Positions 50,839 through 62,759 of a stretch of 64,000 bases of DNA are shown here, one piece after another. The DNA is taken from the NCBI GenBank assembly GCA_963702405.1, contig CAVPCM010000011.1, positions 97,683-161,682 of the forward strand, given 5' to 3'. The notes under the pieces are model-generated. The model was not told where the DNA came from and made no database searches. It saw only the letters and a list, made by a program, of their open reading frames with translations. How positions within the stretch are numbered: the stretch's first letter is position 1; every line of letters begins with the position of its first letter. Origin of the DNA: an uncultured Actinomycetota bacterium. Lineage in GTDB: Bacteria > Actinomycetota > UBA4738 > HRBIN12. The translations under genes were made by a program, and so were the position numbers.

Positions 50839-51700
50839 TCGTTGCGCCCGCTTGCCGTCGACGACGATCCCGTTCGATCAACCAGTCGGTCAGCCGGGCG
50901 AGCGGGATCGTCATGAGGACGAACAGGAACGCCGCGACGACGAAGCTCGAGTAGTTGAAGCGGTACGCGGAGTAGATCTGCGCCGCTCGCGCCGCTTCGA
51001 CGACACCGAGCACCGCCAGCAGCGCCGTGTCTTTCTGGAGGCTCACGAAGTCGTTCAGGAGCGGAGGGATCACCCTGCGGATCGCCTGCGGGAGCACGAC
51101 GAAGCGAAGCGATTGCAGGCGGGAGAGGCCGAGCGATCTCGCCGCCGCGGTCTGGCTCGGGTGCACGGACTCGATCCCCGCTCGGTACACCTCCGCCACG
51201 TACGCCGAATAGGACAGGACCAGAGCCGCGGTCGCGTACACCACCTCCGATTGCGTCGAGAGACCGCGGATGCCGAGCGCTGGAAGGCCGAACCCGAAGA
51301 GGTAGATCACGAGGAGCAGCGGGCATCCCGCGGAACAGGTCCGTGTAGACGATCGCGATCAGGCGGAACGGGAAGAACACCGGCCCCGGAGGCTCCGGAT
51401 CACGGCGATCACGAGGGCGAGGATCAGGATCAGGACCTCCGCGATCAAGGAAGACCCGGATGTTCAGCAGGAACGCCTGCCCGATCCCCGGGCAGGCCTT
51501 CCTCCGGCACGCCGAAGAACGACTCCTTCATCGCCTCGAGGTTGAAGAAGCTCTCGCGGACGGCATCGAAGCCGGGCGCCGCAACGAGGATGCGACGTGC
51601 ACACGGCGAAGAACACGATCGTGCTGGCCGTGGAGATCAGGACGCCCCGGTTCCCGAGCAGGCGGGACCTCCGTCGTGCCCGGGCAGGGCCTCCGGCGGC
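50834..51700 (-). pseudogene. amino-acid ABC transporter permease, multiply frameshifted
   Basis: permease segments in at least two frames (FFPFRLIAIVYTDLFRGMPAA; ...VLPQAIRRVIPPLLNDFVSLQKDTALL...). Confidence 0.5.
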
Positions 51701-52620
51701 TCGGTCACGGACAGCCCCGGGTGCCGCCTACTGGATGACTGGGACGGCCAGGTAGTCGGCCAGCCACTCGTCCTGGAGGTCCTCCAAGCGTGCCGTCGGC
51801 CGTCATCTCGGCGAGCGCGAGGTTCACGCACATCCACGAGCGGGACTCCCCTCCTCGAAGAGCAGGCCAAGGTACTCGCCCGCGTTCGGGAACTGGCCCA
51901 CCAGCGCGCCGTTCGGCGTGTTGATCGTCGCCTCGAAGTAGGCGGTCGGGCAGATCGAGCACGAGCCCGTCGACCGTCCCGTTCCGAAGCGCGGCCTTCG
52001 CGTCGCTCGTCGAGTCGAACACCTTGGCGGCGTTCGTCGGCTGGATCACCGTGTTGATGAACGCGAGACTCGTGGTACCGATCTGCGCCCCGAAGATCGG
52101 CGTCCTTGATCTCCTCCATCGTCGTCGCGTTCTCGATCGGCGAGCCCTTCAACACCATCAGCGCCTGCGTGAGGTCGTAGTACCTGTCGCTGAAGTCGAC
52201 GGCTTGGTCCCGTTCCTCGGTGACGGAGATGTTGTTGATGTCGAAGTCGAAGTCCTTCGGCCCGGGTGCGTAGGAACGGTTGAACGGGATGTTGACCCAG
52301 TTGACGTGTGAGTCGGCGAAGCCCATCCGCTCCGCCACCTCATAGGCCATCGCGCCTCGAACCCCTTCCCGGACTCCGGCTCCCGATTGAGGATCCACGG
52401 GGGAACATGAAGTCGAAGTCGGTACCCACGGTCAACGTCTCGGTCTTCGAAGAAGTCGGCGGCGTGAGACTCGGCACAGCTGCATTCGGCGGCCGCCTCC
52501 GGATCGGCCGCCGACCCGGTGGGGCTCTCGCCCGCGGTGGGGGGCGTCTCCTCGGCGCAGCGGCAGCGACAGCGACCATCGCCGCGAGCAGCAGGACCCA
52601 CTTCCGCACGGATAGGCACC
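51700..52620 (-). pseudogene. amino-acid ABC transporter substrate-binding protein, multiply frameshifted
   Basis: SBP-like segments across three frames (signal peptide VRKWVLLLAAMVAVAAAA; ...FDSTSDAKAALRNGTVDGLVLD...). Confidence 0.4.
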
Positions 52621-52655
52621 CCCTCGTTCCCGTGGAAGCGCGGAGCCTAGCACAG

Positions 52656-53460
52656 CCCCTTAGCGGCGCGGCTCCCAGCTGAAGAAGCGCGCGGCGAGGA
52701 TCGAGACCGACGATCCCCCAGGCCGCGATGATCGCGATGTCCCACCAGTCGAACGGGAACGCGCGCACCGTGCCGAGCGCGGTTCGGGCCGTCACGTTCC
52801 CGAGGAACCCGGCTCGCATCGCGTCCGCGAAATGCTTCACCGGGAAGATGTCGGCGACCGTCTTCATCCACGTCGGCGCGCCGTCGTCGAGCGGGAAGAA
52901 GATGCCGGAGAGGAATAGCAGTGGCAGGACGACCGCGTTCACCACGGGCGGCGCGGCATCGGCGTTCGGGACGGCGGCCGGTGAGGGCCAGCGCGAGCGC
53001 CGCGAACGAGAGGGCGCCGACCAGGAAGGACGCGATGAACTCGAGGAGCGGGCCACCGGTCGGGATCGGCGAGTCGTAGACGACCTTCCCGAACAGGAGC
53101 GTGATCACCACGAGGATCGCACCGACGACCATCGCGTGGAGCACCCGGCTCGTGAGGTAAGCCCCGGCGGGGAGTGGGGTGCCGCGCAGGCGCTTGAGGA
53201 TCCCCGCGTCACGGTTGAACGTCGTCTGGATCGCGATGTTCGTGAAGCACGCGCTGATCACGCCGAACGCTGCCATCGCTCCCACGTAGTACGTGGTCGT
53301 GGAGAGTTCGACGCCCTGGAACTGCAGCTCGTCGTCCCCCAACAGCGACGTGAAGATCACGAGGAACATCAGCGGGAACGCGAACGTGAAGAACGCGGAG
53401 GCGGGGTTCCGCCAGAACGCCTTGTTCGTGAACCGGAACTGGCGTGCGACCTGTGGAACG
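52656..53460 (-). pseudogene. ABC-2 type transporter permease with about 2 frameshifts
   Basis: N-terminal 190 aa in ORF 52647..53867; C-terminal part PVVNAVVLPLLFLSGIFFPLD... in ORF 52340..53056. Confidence 0.5.
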
Positions 53461-53464
53461 GCGC

Positions 53465-54379
53465 TCATCCTTCGCTCTCCTCCCCTCCGGTCAGCTCCAG
53501 GTACACGTCTTCGAGGCTCGGCTGGGTGACTTCCAGCCCGTCGAACGAGAACCCGCGCCCGAGGGCCCATGCCGTCAGGTCGTGGACGGTCTTCGTCGTG
53601 TCGTCCGTCCGCAGCTCGAGCGTGCCGTCGACGAGCGTCGTCGCGCCCGTCAGATCCGGCGGTGGCGCCTGGCCGTCCGGGACCCGGAACCGCACCCGCG
53701 CCTGCATCCGATCCCTGCCGCCCAGCGTCCCGGGGCTCCCCTCGGCCACGATCTCGCCCTTGCGGATCACGGCCGCGCGGCTCGCGAGGTATTGGGCCTC
53801 GTCCATGAAGTGCGTCGTGAGGAAGATCGTCTTGCCGATGTCCGCCAGGTTCTTCACGATCTCCCACGCGTGACGACGCGCGTTCGGATCGAAGCCCGTG
53901 GTTGGCTCGTCGAGGAAGAGCAGCTCGGGGTCCCCCGCGAGGGCGATCGCGACGTCGAGACGGCGCTGCTGGCCGCCAGAGAGCTTGCTCACCCGGGTGG
54001 TTCGCTTCTCGGCGAGGCCCACCATGTCGATCACCTCGTCGATGTCCCTCGGCGACGGGTAGTAGCCGGCATAGAGATCGACCGTCTCGCGAACGGTGAG
54101 ATAGGGGTCAACGCCCGTGGATTGGAGAACGATGCCGACCCGCCCCTTGAGCTCTGCCCCCGCACGCGCCGGGTCGTGCCCCAGGACCGAGATCTCGCCG
54201 TCGGTCCGCTCCCGGTAGCCCTCGAGGATCTCGACCGTGGTCGTCTTGCCGGCGCCGTTGGGACCGAGGAGGGCGAAGACCTCGCCGTGATCGACGTGGA
54301 GGTCGATGCCGCGGACCGCCTCGACGTCGCCGTAGGACTTGCGGAGCCCGCGGATGTCGATCACGCGCTCTGCCATCAC
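53465..54379 (-). CDS. ABC-2 type transporter ATP-binding protein (DrrA-like)
   Basis: LLGPNGAGKTT, LSGGQQRR. Confidence 0.85.
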   Translation of the reverse strand: MMAERVIDIRGLRKSYGDVEAVRGIDLHVDHGEVFALLGPNGAGKTTTVEILEGYRERTDGEISVLGHDPARAGAELKGRVGIVLQSTGVDPYLTVRETVDLYAGYYPSPRDIDEVIDMVGLAEKRTTRVSKLSGGQQRRLDVAIALAGDPELLFLDEPTTGFDPNARRHAWEIVKNLADIGKTIFLTTHFMDEAQYLASRAAVIRKGEIVAEGSPGTLGGRDRMQARVRFRVPDGQAPPPDLTGATTLVDGTLELRTDDTTKTVHDLTAWALGRGFSFDGLEVTQPSLEDVYLELTGGEESEG

Positions 54380-54383
54380 GCGA

Positions 54384-54755
54384 TCACAGGGGCTTCCTGC
54401 TCGAGAACCCGGACCGTTCGGAGTGGTACCACCGGACTCGCTCTTCCCCGAGCCGCCAACAGAGGAACACCCGTTCCCCGTCGCGCTCGGCCGGGAAGTC
54501 TACGAGCCCCGTGTCAGGATCCCGCAGGAGGATGCCTCGGTCCGCGAGCCACAGGAGCTCCCGCTTGAGCGTCTCCTGCGCCCGGAACCAGTCGCTGCCC
54601 TCGGTCCCGCCTCCATCGATCTGGACGGCCGAGGTGATGCGTTCGCCGGTGTCGATGAGTCGCTGGCGAGCCTCCCGCAGCCTCGGGAGGCGGACGCGGA
54701 GCTCCTCCAGCTCGGCGTCGGCGTCGACGATCGAGAACAGCCGCTCGTCGGTCAC
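54384..54755 (-). CDS. hypothetical protein
   Basis: ORF track. Confidence 0.45.
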   Translation of the reverse strand: MTDERLFSIVDADAELEELRVRLPRLREARQRLIDTGERITSAVQIDGGGTEGSDWFRAQETLKRELLWLADRGILLRDPDTGLVDFPAERDGERVFLCWRLGEERVRWYHSERSGFSSRKPL

Positions 54756-55456
54756 GCCGTCGCTCCGAGGATCGCGGGGAGCTCCCGGAGATCCGTGATG
54801 CGCTCGCCCGCGTGATCGGGGAATCGGCCGCGGCGGTCGACGAGGACCGGGAACATCCCGAGCGCCGCAGGCGGGTCGACGTCGAACTCGGGGTTGTCGC
54901 CGACGTAGGCGGACTCCTCCGCCGACACGGACGCCCGGTCCAGCGCGAGCCGGAAGATCCGCTCGTCGGGCTTCTCCACGCCCTCGATCCCGGAGATCAC
55001 ACGGACAGGGAACAGCTCGAGGAGCTCGTGAACACCGAACCAGTCCTCGAGCCAGGCCTCGAAGTTCGACACCACGCCGAGGAGCACACCCGTCTCGCGG
55101 AGCGTCATCAGCGTCGGGAGCACGTCGTCGAACAGGACGTAGTTCTCCATCCGGGTGAACTCGCCGTGCAACGAGGTCGCGAGACCGTCACCGTCGGCGA
55201 CGCCGAGCTCGTCGAGCATCCGCTCGTACACCGAGGTCCAGAAGGCGCGGGATCGCTCGGGCGACGTCGTCCACATCGAGCCGTCCCGCGCCGCCTCGGA
55301 GAACCGTGCGTAGACGTGTGCAGAAGCCCCTCGGACGTCGTCCACGGACCGCTCGTGACCCGCGCCGGCGAGCACGGTCACGAAGAGGTCGGCGAAGGAG
55401 GGATCGACGTGCACGAGGGTCTCACCGACGTCGAAGAAGACGGCGCGGAACCGCAT
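54752..55456 (-). CDS. HAD family hydrolase
   Basis: FDVGETL motif I; trimmed from ORF 54752..56128. Confidence 0.7.
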   Translation of the reverse strand: MRFRAVFFDVGETLVHVDPSFADLFVTVLAGAGHERSVDDVRGASAHVYARFSEAARDGSMWTTSPERSRAFWTSVYERMLDELGVADGDGLATSLHGEFTRMENYVLFDDVLPTLMTLRETGVLLGVVSNFEAWLEDWFGVHELLELFPVRVISGIEGVEKPDERIFRLALDRASVSAEESAYVGDNPEFDVDPPAALGMFPVLVDRRGRFPDHAGERITDLRELPAILGATA

Positions 55457-55524
55457 GCCCCGAGGATAGGCGTTCGGATCCCTCGGCCGATCGCTCGGCT
55501 GTTCCCCGGGCTGATCCGCCGGGT

Positions 55525-56130
55525 TCACGCGCGGGCCCGGGCCTCGAGATCGCTCCAGAGCCGGTCGATCTGCGGCTCCAGCTCCGCGAGCGCCCCGTCG
55601 TTGTCCACCAGGACGTCCGCCACCTCCATCCGCTGCTCGTCCGTCGCCTGGGCGGCCATCCGAGCGCGCACGTCCTCGGGCGAGAGGTCGCGATCCGAGG
55701 CCACCCGTGAGACCCGGAGGTGGGGTGACGCCGTGACGACCACGACCACGTCGAAGGCGGGTGCGAGTCCCAGCTCCACCAGGAGCGGGCTGACGTAGAC
55801 CACCACACGACCGCTGTCGCGGAGCTCCTCGACGCGCTCGCCGAACCGCTTCGCGACCTCGGGGTGGACGATCGCCTCGAGCGCTGCCCGCCGCTCGGGA
55901 TCGGCGAAGATGATCGCGGCGAGCCGTACCCGGTCGAGGTCCCCATCTGGGCTTCAGGACGCCCGAACCGAAGGTGTCGACGACGCGATCGAACCCGCTC
56001 GTGCCTCGCGCCACGGCCTCGCGTGCGAGGTGGTCCGCATCGATCACGACGGCCCCACGCCGCTCGAGCAGGCGGGCCACCGTGGACTTGCCGGATCCGA
56101 TCCCGCCCGTCAGGCCGACCAGGAGCACGA
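55525..56130 (-). CDS. coaE: dephospho-CoA kinase with an apparent +1 frameshift near 55935
   Basis: [16 protein letters not shown]...GVLKP / [29 protein letters not shown]... in two frames (cccagatgg versus expected cccgatgg). Confidence 0.75.
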
Positions 56131-56138
56131 TCCCGCCC

Positions 56139-57746
56139 CTACTCGGATCTCCCCTCGCGGCGCTTCAGATCCTCGAGGATCGCCTCGAGCGAGACCTCTT
56201 CGTCCGATGCGGGCTCCTCGGCGGCATCCTCCGCCGCGGGCGGTTGCTCGGCGACGTCGGCCGCGGCGTCCGGCTGCTCGTCGGGTGCTGCCTCGGCCGC
56301 CGGCTCCGGCGCGGCTTCCGGCTCCGCGAGTTGGCTCGACCGTCGCAGGCTCCACGGTGGGTGCCGCAGCGGCCGCCGGCTCGTCCGTCTCCGCCTCCGC
56401 GACGGCGTCGAGCACCGCCTGCGGGATCTGCACGGTCTGGACGAGGGGCTCGGCGGGAGCACGCTCGGGCTGCTCGGGCTCGACCTCGATCTCCGTGGTC
56501 TTGGCCGGAGCGGGGGTGACCTGCCGCATCGAGAGGCTCACGCGCCGGCGCGACACGTCCACGTCGACGACCTTCACCTGGACCTCGTCGCCGACGGACA
56601 GCACCGACTCCGGCGTGTCGACGTGCTCGTGGGAGAGCTCCGAGATGTGGACCAGTCCCTCGATCCCCTGGGCGACCCTGACGAACGCGCCGAACGGCAC
56701 GAGCTTCGTCACCTGGCCGGCGATCACCTCGCCCGCCTTGTGCAGCCGCTCGAACTCTTTCCAGGGGTCCTCCTGCGTCGCCTTGAGGGAGAGCGAGACA
56801 CGCTCGCGGTCGAGCTCCACGTCCAGGACCTGGACCTCGACCTCCTGGCCGACCGTGACGACCTCGCTCGGGTGGTCGACGTGCTTCCATGAGAGCTCGG
56901 ACACGTGGACGAGCCCGTCCACCCCGCCGAGGTCCACGAAGGCTCCGAAGTTCACGATCGAGGAGACGGTCCCCTTGCGCCGCTCGCCCTTCTCCAGGTT
57001 CTCGAGGAACTTCTTGCGGCCCTCGGACTGCGACTCCTCGAGGAAGGCGCGCCGGGACAGCACGACGTTGTTGCGGTTGCGGTCGAGCTCGATGATCTTG
57101 CACTCGAGCTCGGTGCCGATGTACGGCTGGAGGTCGCGCACCCGCCGGAGGTCGACGAGCGAGGCGGGCAGGAAGCCGCGGAGGCCGATGTCGAGGATCA
57201 GGCCGCCCTTCACCACCTCGATCACCGGTCCCTTGATCGTCTGGCCCGACGCCATCGTCTCCTCGATCCGGCCCCAGGCGCGCTCGTACTGCGCGCGCTT
57301 CTTGGACAGGATCAGGCGGCCCTCCTTGTCCTCCTTCTGCAGGACGAGGGCCTCGATCCGATCCCCCACCTTGACGATCTCGTTCGGGTCGACGTCGTGG
57401 CGGATCGACAGCTCCTTGGACGGGATCACGCCCTCGGACTTGTAGCCGATGTCGAGGAGGATCTCGTCGCGATCGATCTTGACGACGACGCCCTCCATGA
57501 TGTCGCCATCCTTGAAGTCGCGGAGCGACGCCTCCATCGCGCGGACGAGCTCCTCGGGCGTGTAGTCCTCGCCCTCGGGCTCGGGCGTGGCGACGAGGGG
57601 TGCCTCGTCAGTCGGTGTCGCGGGCGGGGCGCTGTCGCCGGTCGTCTCGATGTCGGTCTCGGTGGCCGCTCGCTCGTCGATGATCGGCTCAGAGGTCTCG
57701 ACGGCTCCGTCGGGGACGCTCTCGGTGGTGGTCTCGGTCTCGCTCA
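56139..57746 (-). CDS. rpsA: 30S ribosomal protein S1 with an apparent frameshift near 56340 in the acidic C-terminal tail
   Basis: multiple S1 domains; C-terminal ...[20 protein letters not shown] is in the frame of ORF 56139..56462. Confidence 0.85.
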
Positions 57747-57884
57747 TGCGGTGGTTCTCCTTCTGACACGCGGGGCTCACCGCATCGCGGGTTGGGATTT
57801 GCGACGCGGCACGCGAGATCCGCGGGCCGGGTGGAAGGGTAGGTGAGCAGCGCAAACGACGTCAATGACGAGGCCGTGAGGACG

Positions 57885-60532
57885 TCAGTGGCCTTCGGGA
57901 GCCGCCTCCGACCAGTTCGGCCCGACGCCGATGTCCGCCCGGAGGTCGACGACGAGCTCCACGGCCCCCTCCATCCGGTCGCGGATCAGGTCCGCGGCCT
58001 CCTCCGCGCGGTCCTTCGCGACCTCGAAGACCAGCTCGTCGTGGACCGTGAGCAGCATGTGGCAGTCGAGCTCCGAGCGCTCCCGGAGCGCCCGGTCGAC
58101 GCCGATCATCCCCACCTTGAACACGTCGGACGCGCTCCCCTGGATCGGCGCGTTCAGCGCCTGCCGTCTGCCGAGATCGCGCACCCGCGGGTTGGCCGCC
58201 TGGAGCTCGGGGATGTACCGGCGCCGTCCGAGGAGGGTCTCGGTGAACCCTTCCACCGTCGCCCGGTCGACCTGGTTCTGGAGGTAGTCCTTGATCGCGG
58301 GGAAGCCGTCGAAGTACGCGTCGATGAACTCCTGCGCCTCGTCCGCCGTGATCCCGAGCCGGGTGGCGAGGCCCCAGGCGTTCATGCCGTAGGCGAGGCC
58401 GTAGTTGACCGCCTTCGCGCGCCGGCGCATCTCCGCGTCGACGTGCTCGGGCGGGAGGTCGAACACCTTCGCCGCCGTCGCCGCGTGGATGTCGAGTCCC
58501 GAGTCGAAGGCCTCGCGCAGCCCGGCGTCCCCGGACAGGTGCGCGAGGATGCGGAGCTCGATCTGCGAGTAGTCGGCGACGAGCAGGACCTGGTCGTCGG
58601 CACCCGGGATGAACGCTCTGCGGATCTGCCGGCCGAGCTCCGAGCGGATCGGGATGTTCTGGAGATTGGGGTTCGAGGAGGAGAGCCTCCCCGTCGCGGC
58701 CACGGTCTGGTTGAACGACGTGTGGAGGCGGCCGTCCTTCGCGTCGACCAGCTTGGGGAGCGCCTCCAGGTAGGTGGAGTTGAGCTTGTCGAGCTCTCGC
58801 CACGACAGCAGCGCGTCGACGATCGGGTGCGCGTCGCGGAGCTTCTCCAGGACGCTGGCGTCGGTGGACAGCTCGCCCTTGGGCGTCTTCTTCCCCGGTT
58901 GGAGGCCCAGCTGGTCGTAGAGGATCGCCCGGAGCTGAGGCGGCGAGTTCAGGTTGAACTCCTGCCCGGCGTGCCGGAACACCTCCGCGTGCAGGGTGGC
59001 CATCCGGTCGCGGACCGACTCCCCCATGTCCTCGAGGTACGGCACGTCGAGTCGGACCCCGCGCGCCTCCATCCGCGCGAGCACCGACGCGAGCGGCAGC
59101 TCGACGTCCTCTAGCAGCGGCCGGAGCCCCTGGCGGTCGATCTGCTCCTCTAGGACCGGCGCGAGGAGGGACACCGCCGCGGCCTCCGACGCCACGTGCC
59201 GCCAGGGCTCTTCCGTGAAGAGCTGCATCTCCGTCTCGGTGGCTGCCTCCCCTTCCCCACCGAAGAGGTCGGTCCCCAGGTAGCGCTCGCAGAGGGTCGC
59301 CAGCGGGTAGTCGGCCGTCCCCGGTTCCAGGAGGTACCCCGCGAGCATCGTGTCGAACGCGACGCCCTCGAGCACCGCGCCGGCGCGGAGGGTGACGCGC
59401 TCGAGCGCCTTCGCGTCGTGGGTCCACTTCCGCGTCGAGGCATCGGCGAGACGGTCGGCGACCGGGCCGGGTCCGGGAAGGGCGGCATAGGCTGCCTGGG
59501 CTCCGCCAGCCGACACCGCCAGCCCGACCAGCACGTCGTCCTCCTCCTGGATCGCGACGCCCACCGGGCCGTCGGCGAGGATGCCGGCGAGGTCCTCCGG
59601 CTCGACGCGCCGGAGGTCGAGCTCCGCCACCTCGACCTTCGGCTTCACGTCCTTGGCCAGCTCCATCAGCCGGTCGAAGAGGCTCCGGAACTCGAGCGAG
59701 GTGAACAGACGGCGGACCTCTTCGACGTCCCACTCCCCCATCACCGCGTCATCGGGCGTGAAGTCGAGATCCACGTCCGTGACGATCCGAGCGAGGTTCT
59801 TGTTGAGGGCGAGCCGGTCCCCGGCGGCCTCGATGTTCTCCTTCAACTTCCCCTTCAGCTCATCGGTCCGGCCGAGGAGCTCCTCGACGGAGCCGAACTG
59901 CTGGACGAGCTTGGCCGCCGTCTTGTCTCCCACACCCGGGACGCCGGGGATGTTGTCGGACGTGTCCCCTTTGAGTGCCACGTACTCGAGGTACTTCGAC
60001 GGCGGGATGCCGTATCGCTCCTCGACGGCCGCCTCGTCCATGAGGGCGATGTCGGAGATCCCTCGCCGGTTGAACAGGACCCGGAGGCCGGGACGGACGA
60101 GCTGGAAGAAGTCACGGTCGGCGGTGACGATCGTCGCCTCGATCCCTTTCTCGGCCGCCCGGATGGCGAGCGTGCCGATCGCGTCGTCGGCTTCGTGATC
60201 GGTGACCAGGAGCATCCGGATCCGAAGGGCCTCGACGACCTCCTGGATCAACCCGAGCTGGGGCCGGAAGTCCTCCGGCGTCTCCCGGCGTCCGGCCTTG
60301 TAGTCGGCGTCCATCGCCAGCCGGGCGGTCGGCTTCCCCACGTCGAAGGCCACGGCGATCAGATCGGGTCGCTCCTCAGCGAGGAGCTTGATGAGCATCG
60401 ACGTGAAGCCGTACACGGCGTTCGTAACCTGGCCCGTGGTGGTGGCGAGCGTGCTCGGCAGTGCGAAGAACGCCCGGTACGCGAGCGAATGGCCGTCGAG
60501 GATGAAGAGCCGGCGGGGCTGATGTCGTCCAT
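57885..60532 (-). CDS. polA: DNA polymerase I with an apparent frameshift in a C-run near 60505
   Basis: MDDISP / RLFILDGHSLAYRAFFALP in two frames; 5'-3' exonuclease, 3'-5' exonuclease-like and polymerase domains. Confidence 0.9.
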
Positions 60533-60749
60533 CGGATCCGAGGGGGGCGCCACGGGCTCATGCTAACCGGGGTCCCCGACGCGCCGGACGGGACCGCGAC
60601 CGGGATCCGGAACCGAGACCGAGCAACGGCGCCGAGGGCGAGATGATTCGGTACCGAATCGGATTGACGTGAATCCGACCTCCTGACTAGGATTCGCGGC
60701 GCCGGCATCCACACGCGGGCCAGCCGCGCGAAACGACGGGAGGGGATCC

Positions 60750-61643
60750 ATGGGAGCGTCCTTCGTCATCGCCCTCCGCGAGGGCATCGAGGCAGCGCTG
60801 ATCGTCTCGATCGTGCTCGCGTACCTGAAGCAGGTCGGGGCGAGCGATCGTTCCCGCTTCGTGTGGTGGGGCGCCGGGCTCGCCATCGTCTTGTCCGCCG
60901 CGCTCGGCACGGCGATCTTCGTCGCCGGCGCGGAGTTCGAAGGCACCGCCGAGCAGGTCTTCGAAGGGTTGGTGACGCTCGCCGCGGTGGGTGTGCTGAC
61001 GTGGATGATCTTCTGGATGCGACGTCAGGGTGCGCGCATCAAGTCCGATCTGCAGGAGAAGGTCGACACGGCGCTCGTCTCGGGCGGATTCGCGCTCGCG
61101 GGCCTCGCGTTCTTCGCCGTCCTCCGCGAGGGCATCGAGACCGCGCTCTTCCTGTTCGCCGCGACGAAGGGGACCGCGGTCGAAGGTACAGCGGTCGCGC
61201 CCGCGACCCAGGTCTTCGGGGCCGTTCTCGGGCTCGCGCTCGCCGTGGTCCTCGGAGTGCTGCTGTACCGCGGTGGCATCCGCATGAACCTTCGGTCGTT
61301 CTTCCGCGTGACCGGGTTGATCTTGATCGTCGTTGCCGCGGGACTGTTCGCCTACTCCCTGCACGAGCTGCAGGAGGCGGGATGGCTGCCCTTCCTCGAA
61401 GCCACCGCGTTCGATCTGTCCGCGAGCCTCCCGGACGATGCCGGGGTGGGTGCGATCCTTCGCGGTCTCGTCGGCTACAACGCGGACCCCACCTGGCTCG
61501 AGGTCGTCGGGTGGACCGCTTACCTCGTGGTGGTCGGTGGGTTGTTCCTACGGCGACCCGTCCAGTCGGGAACGAAGTCTCGACCCGAACACGAGACTTC
61601 CGTGACCAGTGCGAAGCACGCGGAGACCGACACGACCCGCTGA
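60750..61643 (+). CDS. FTR1/EfeU family high-affinity iron permease
   Basis: two REGIE(A/T)AL (RExxE) motifs. Confidence 0.7.
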   Translation: MGASFVIALREGIEAALIVSIVLAYLKQVGASDRSRFVWWGAGLAIVLSAALGTAIFVAGAEFEGTAEQVFEGLVTLAAVGVLTWMIFWMRRQGARIKSDLQEKVDTALVSGGFALAGLAFFAVLREGIETALFLFAATKGTAVEGTAVAPATQVFGAVLGLALAVVLGVLLYRGGIRMNLRSFFRVTGLILIVVAAGLFAYSLHELQEAGWLPFLEATAFDLSASLPDDAGVGAILRGLVGYNADPTWLEVVGWTAYLVVVGGLFLRRPVQSGTKSRPEHETSVTSAKHAETDTTR

Positions 61644-61949
61644 GTCGCCGCGGGAGCAGGTCGAGTCGTGTCACTCTCTTTGCGTGCCCGCGACCTGCGG
61701 CGATGAGAAACGACCCTTGCTCCGCAAAGGTTCTCGCCATACGCCGCTCGGGTTGACATCCCTCAACCTCCCGTTTACAGTCCGCGACGGTTCTCTACGG
61801 GACGCGAGCCCCGACCGGTTCCGACCGGCCGAGGTGGCGGTCCGAGGAGACCATCGCAACGGGCCGCGTCACCATGAAGTGGCGCTCGCGTATGGGGAAG
61901 GCGCGAGCGCCACGGAGCGGAGACGCGGCCCGTTGTCGTTCCGGCCTGT

Positions 61950-62717
61950 CTACAAGACGGCGTCGAGGAACCTTCGGGTCTCAGGTGAGCGGGTCTCCTC
62001 GAAGATCTGCTGAGGGGTCCCCTCCTCCAGGATCACGCCTTCGTGGAAGAACGCCATCCGGTTCGCCACCTCGCGAGCGAACCCCATCTCGTGGGTGACG
62101 ACCATCATCGTCATGTGCATCTCCACGGCGAGGGCCTTCATGACCCCGAGCACTTCTCCGATCAGCTCGGGGTCCAGCGCCGACGTCGGCTCGTCGAACA
62201 GCATCACATCGGGTTCCATCGCCAGTGCGCGCGCGATCGCGACGCGTTGCTGCTGTCCTCCCGACAAGCGGATCGGATACTCCTCGGCTTTGTCGGACAG
62301 ACCCACGCGGTCGAGGAACTCCATCGCGACCCGGCGGGCGGAAGCCTCCTGGAGGCCCTTGACCGTTGCAGGTCCCTCCATCACGTTCTGGACGGCGGTC
62401 ATGTGCGGGAAGAGGTTGAACTGTTGGAAGACCATGCCGCAGCGCATCCGGAGCTGACGGATCTGCTCCCGTTTGCTGCGGATCCGGTGGCCGCCTTCGA
62501 TGCGCAGCCCCGACAACTCGATCGTCCCTTCCGTGGGTTCCTCCAGGAAGTTGATGCACCGCAGCAGCGTCGACTTGCCGGAGCCGGAGCGCCCGAAGAC
62601 CACGATGACCTCGCCCTTGTCGATCTCCATGTCGACGCCCTTCAGCACCTCCAGATACCCGAAGGACTTGTGGAGGTTCTCTACCCGCACGACAGCCTCG
62701 CGGTTCTGGGCGCTCAC
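61950..62717 (-). CDS. amino-acid ABC transporter ATP-binding protein
   Basis: [17 protein letters not shown]. Confidence 0.85.
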   Translation of the reverse strand: MSAQNREAVVRVENLHKSFGYLEVLKGVDMEIDKGEVIVVFGRSGSGKSTLLRCINFLEEPTEGTIELSGLRIEGGHRIRSKREQIRQLRMRCGMVFQQFNLFPHMTAVQNVMEGPATVKGLQEASARRVAMEFLDRVGLSDKAEEYPIRLSGGQQQRVAIARALAMEPDVMLFDEPTSALDPELIGEVLGVMKALAVEMHMTMMVVTHEMGFAREVANRMAFFHEGVILEEGTPQQIFEETRSPETRRFLDAVL

Positions 62718-62759
62718 CGAGGGTCCGTTTCCGTGGGGGGCTCGGGCACCGTGGGAAGG

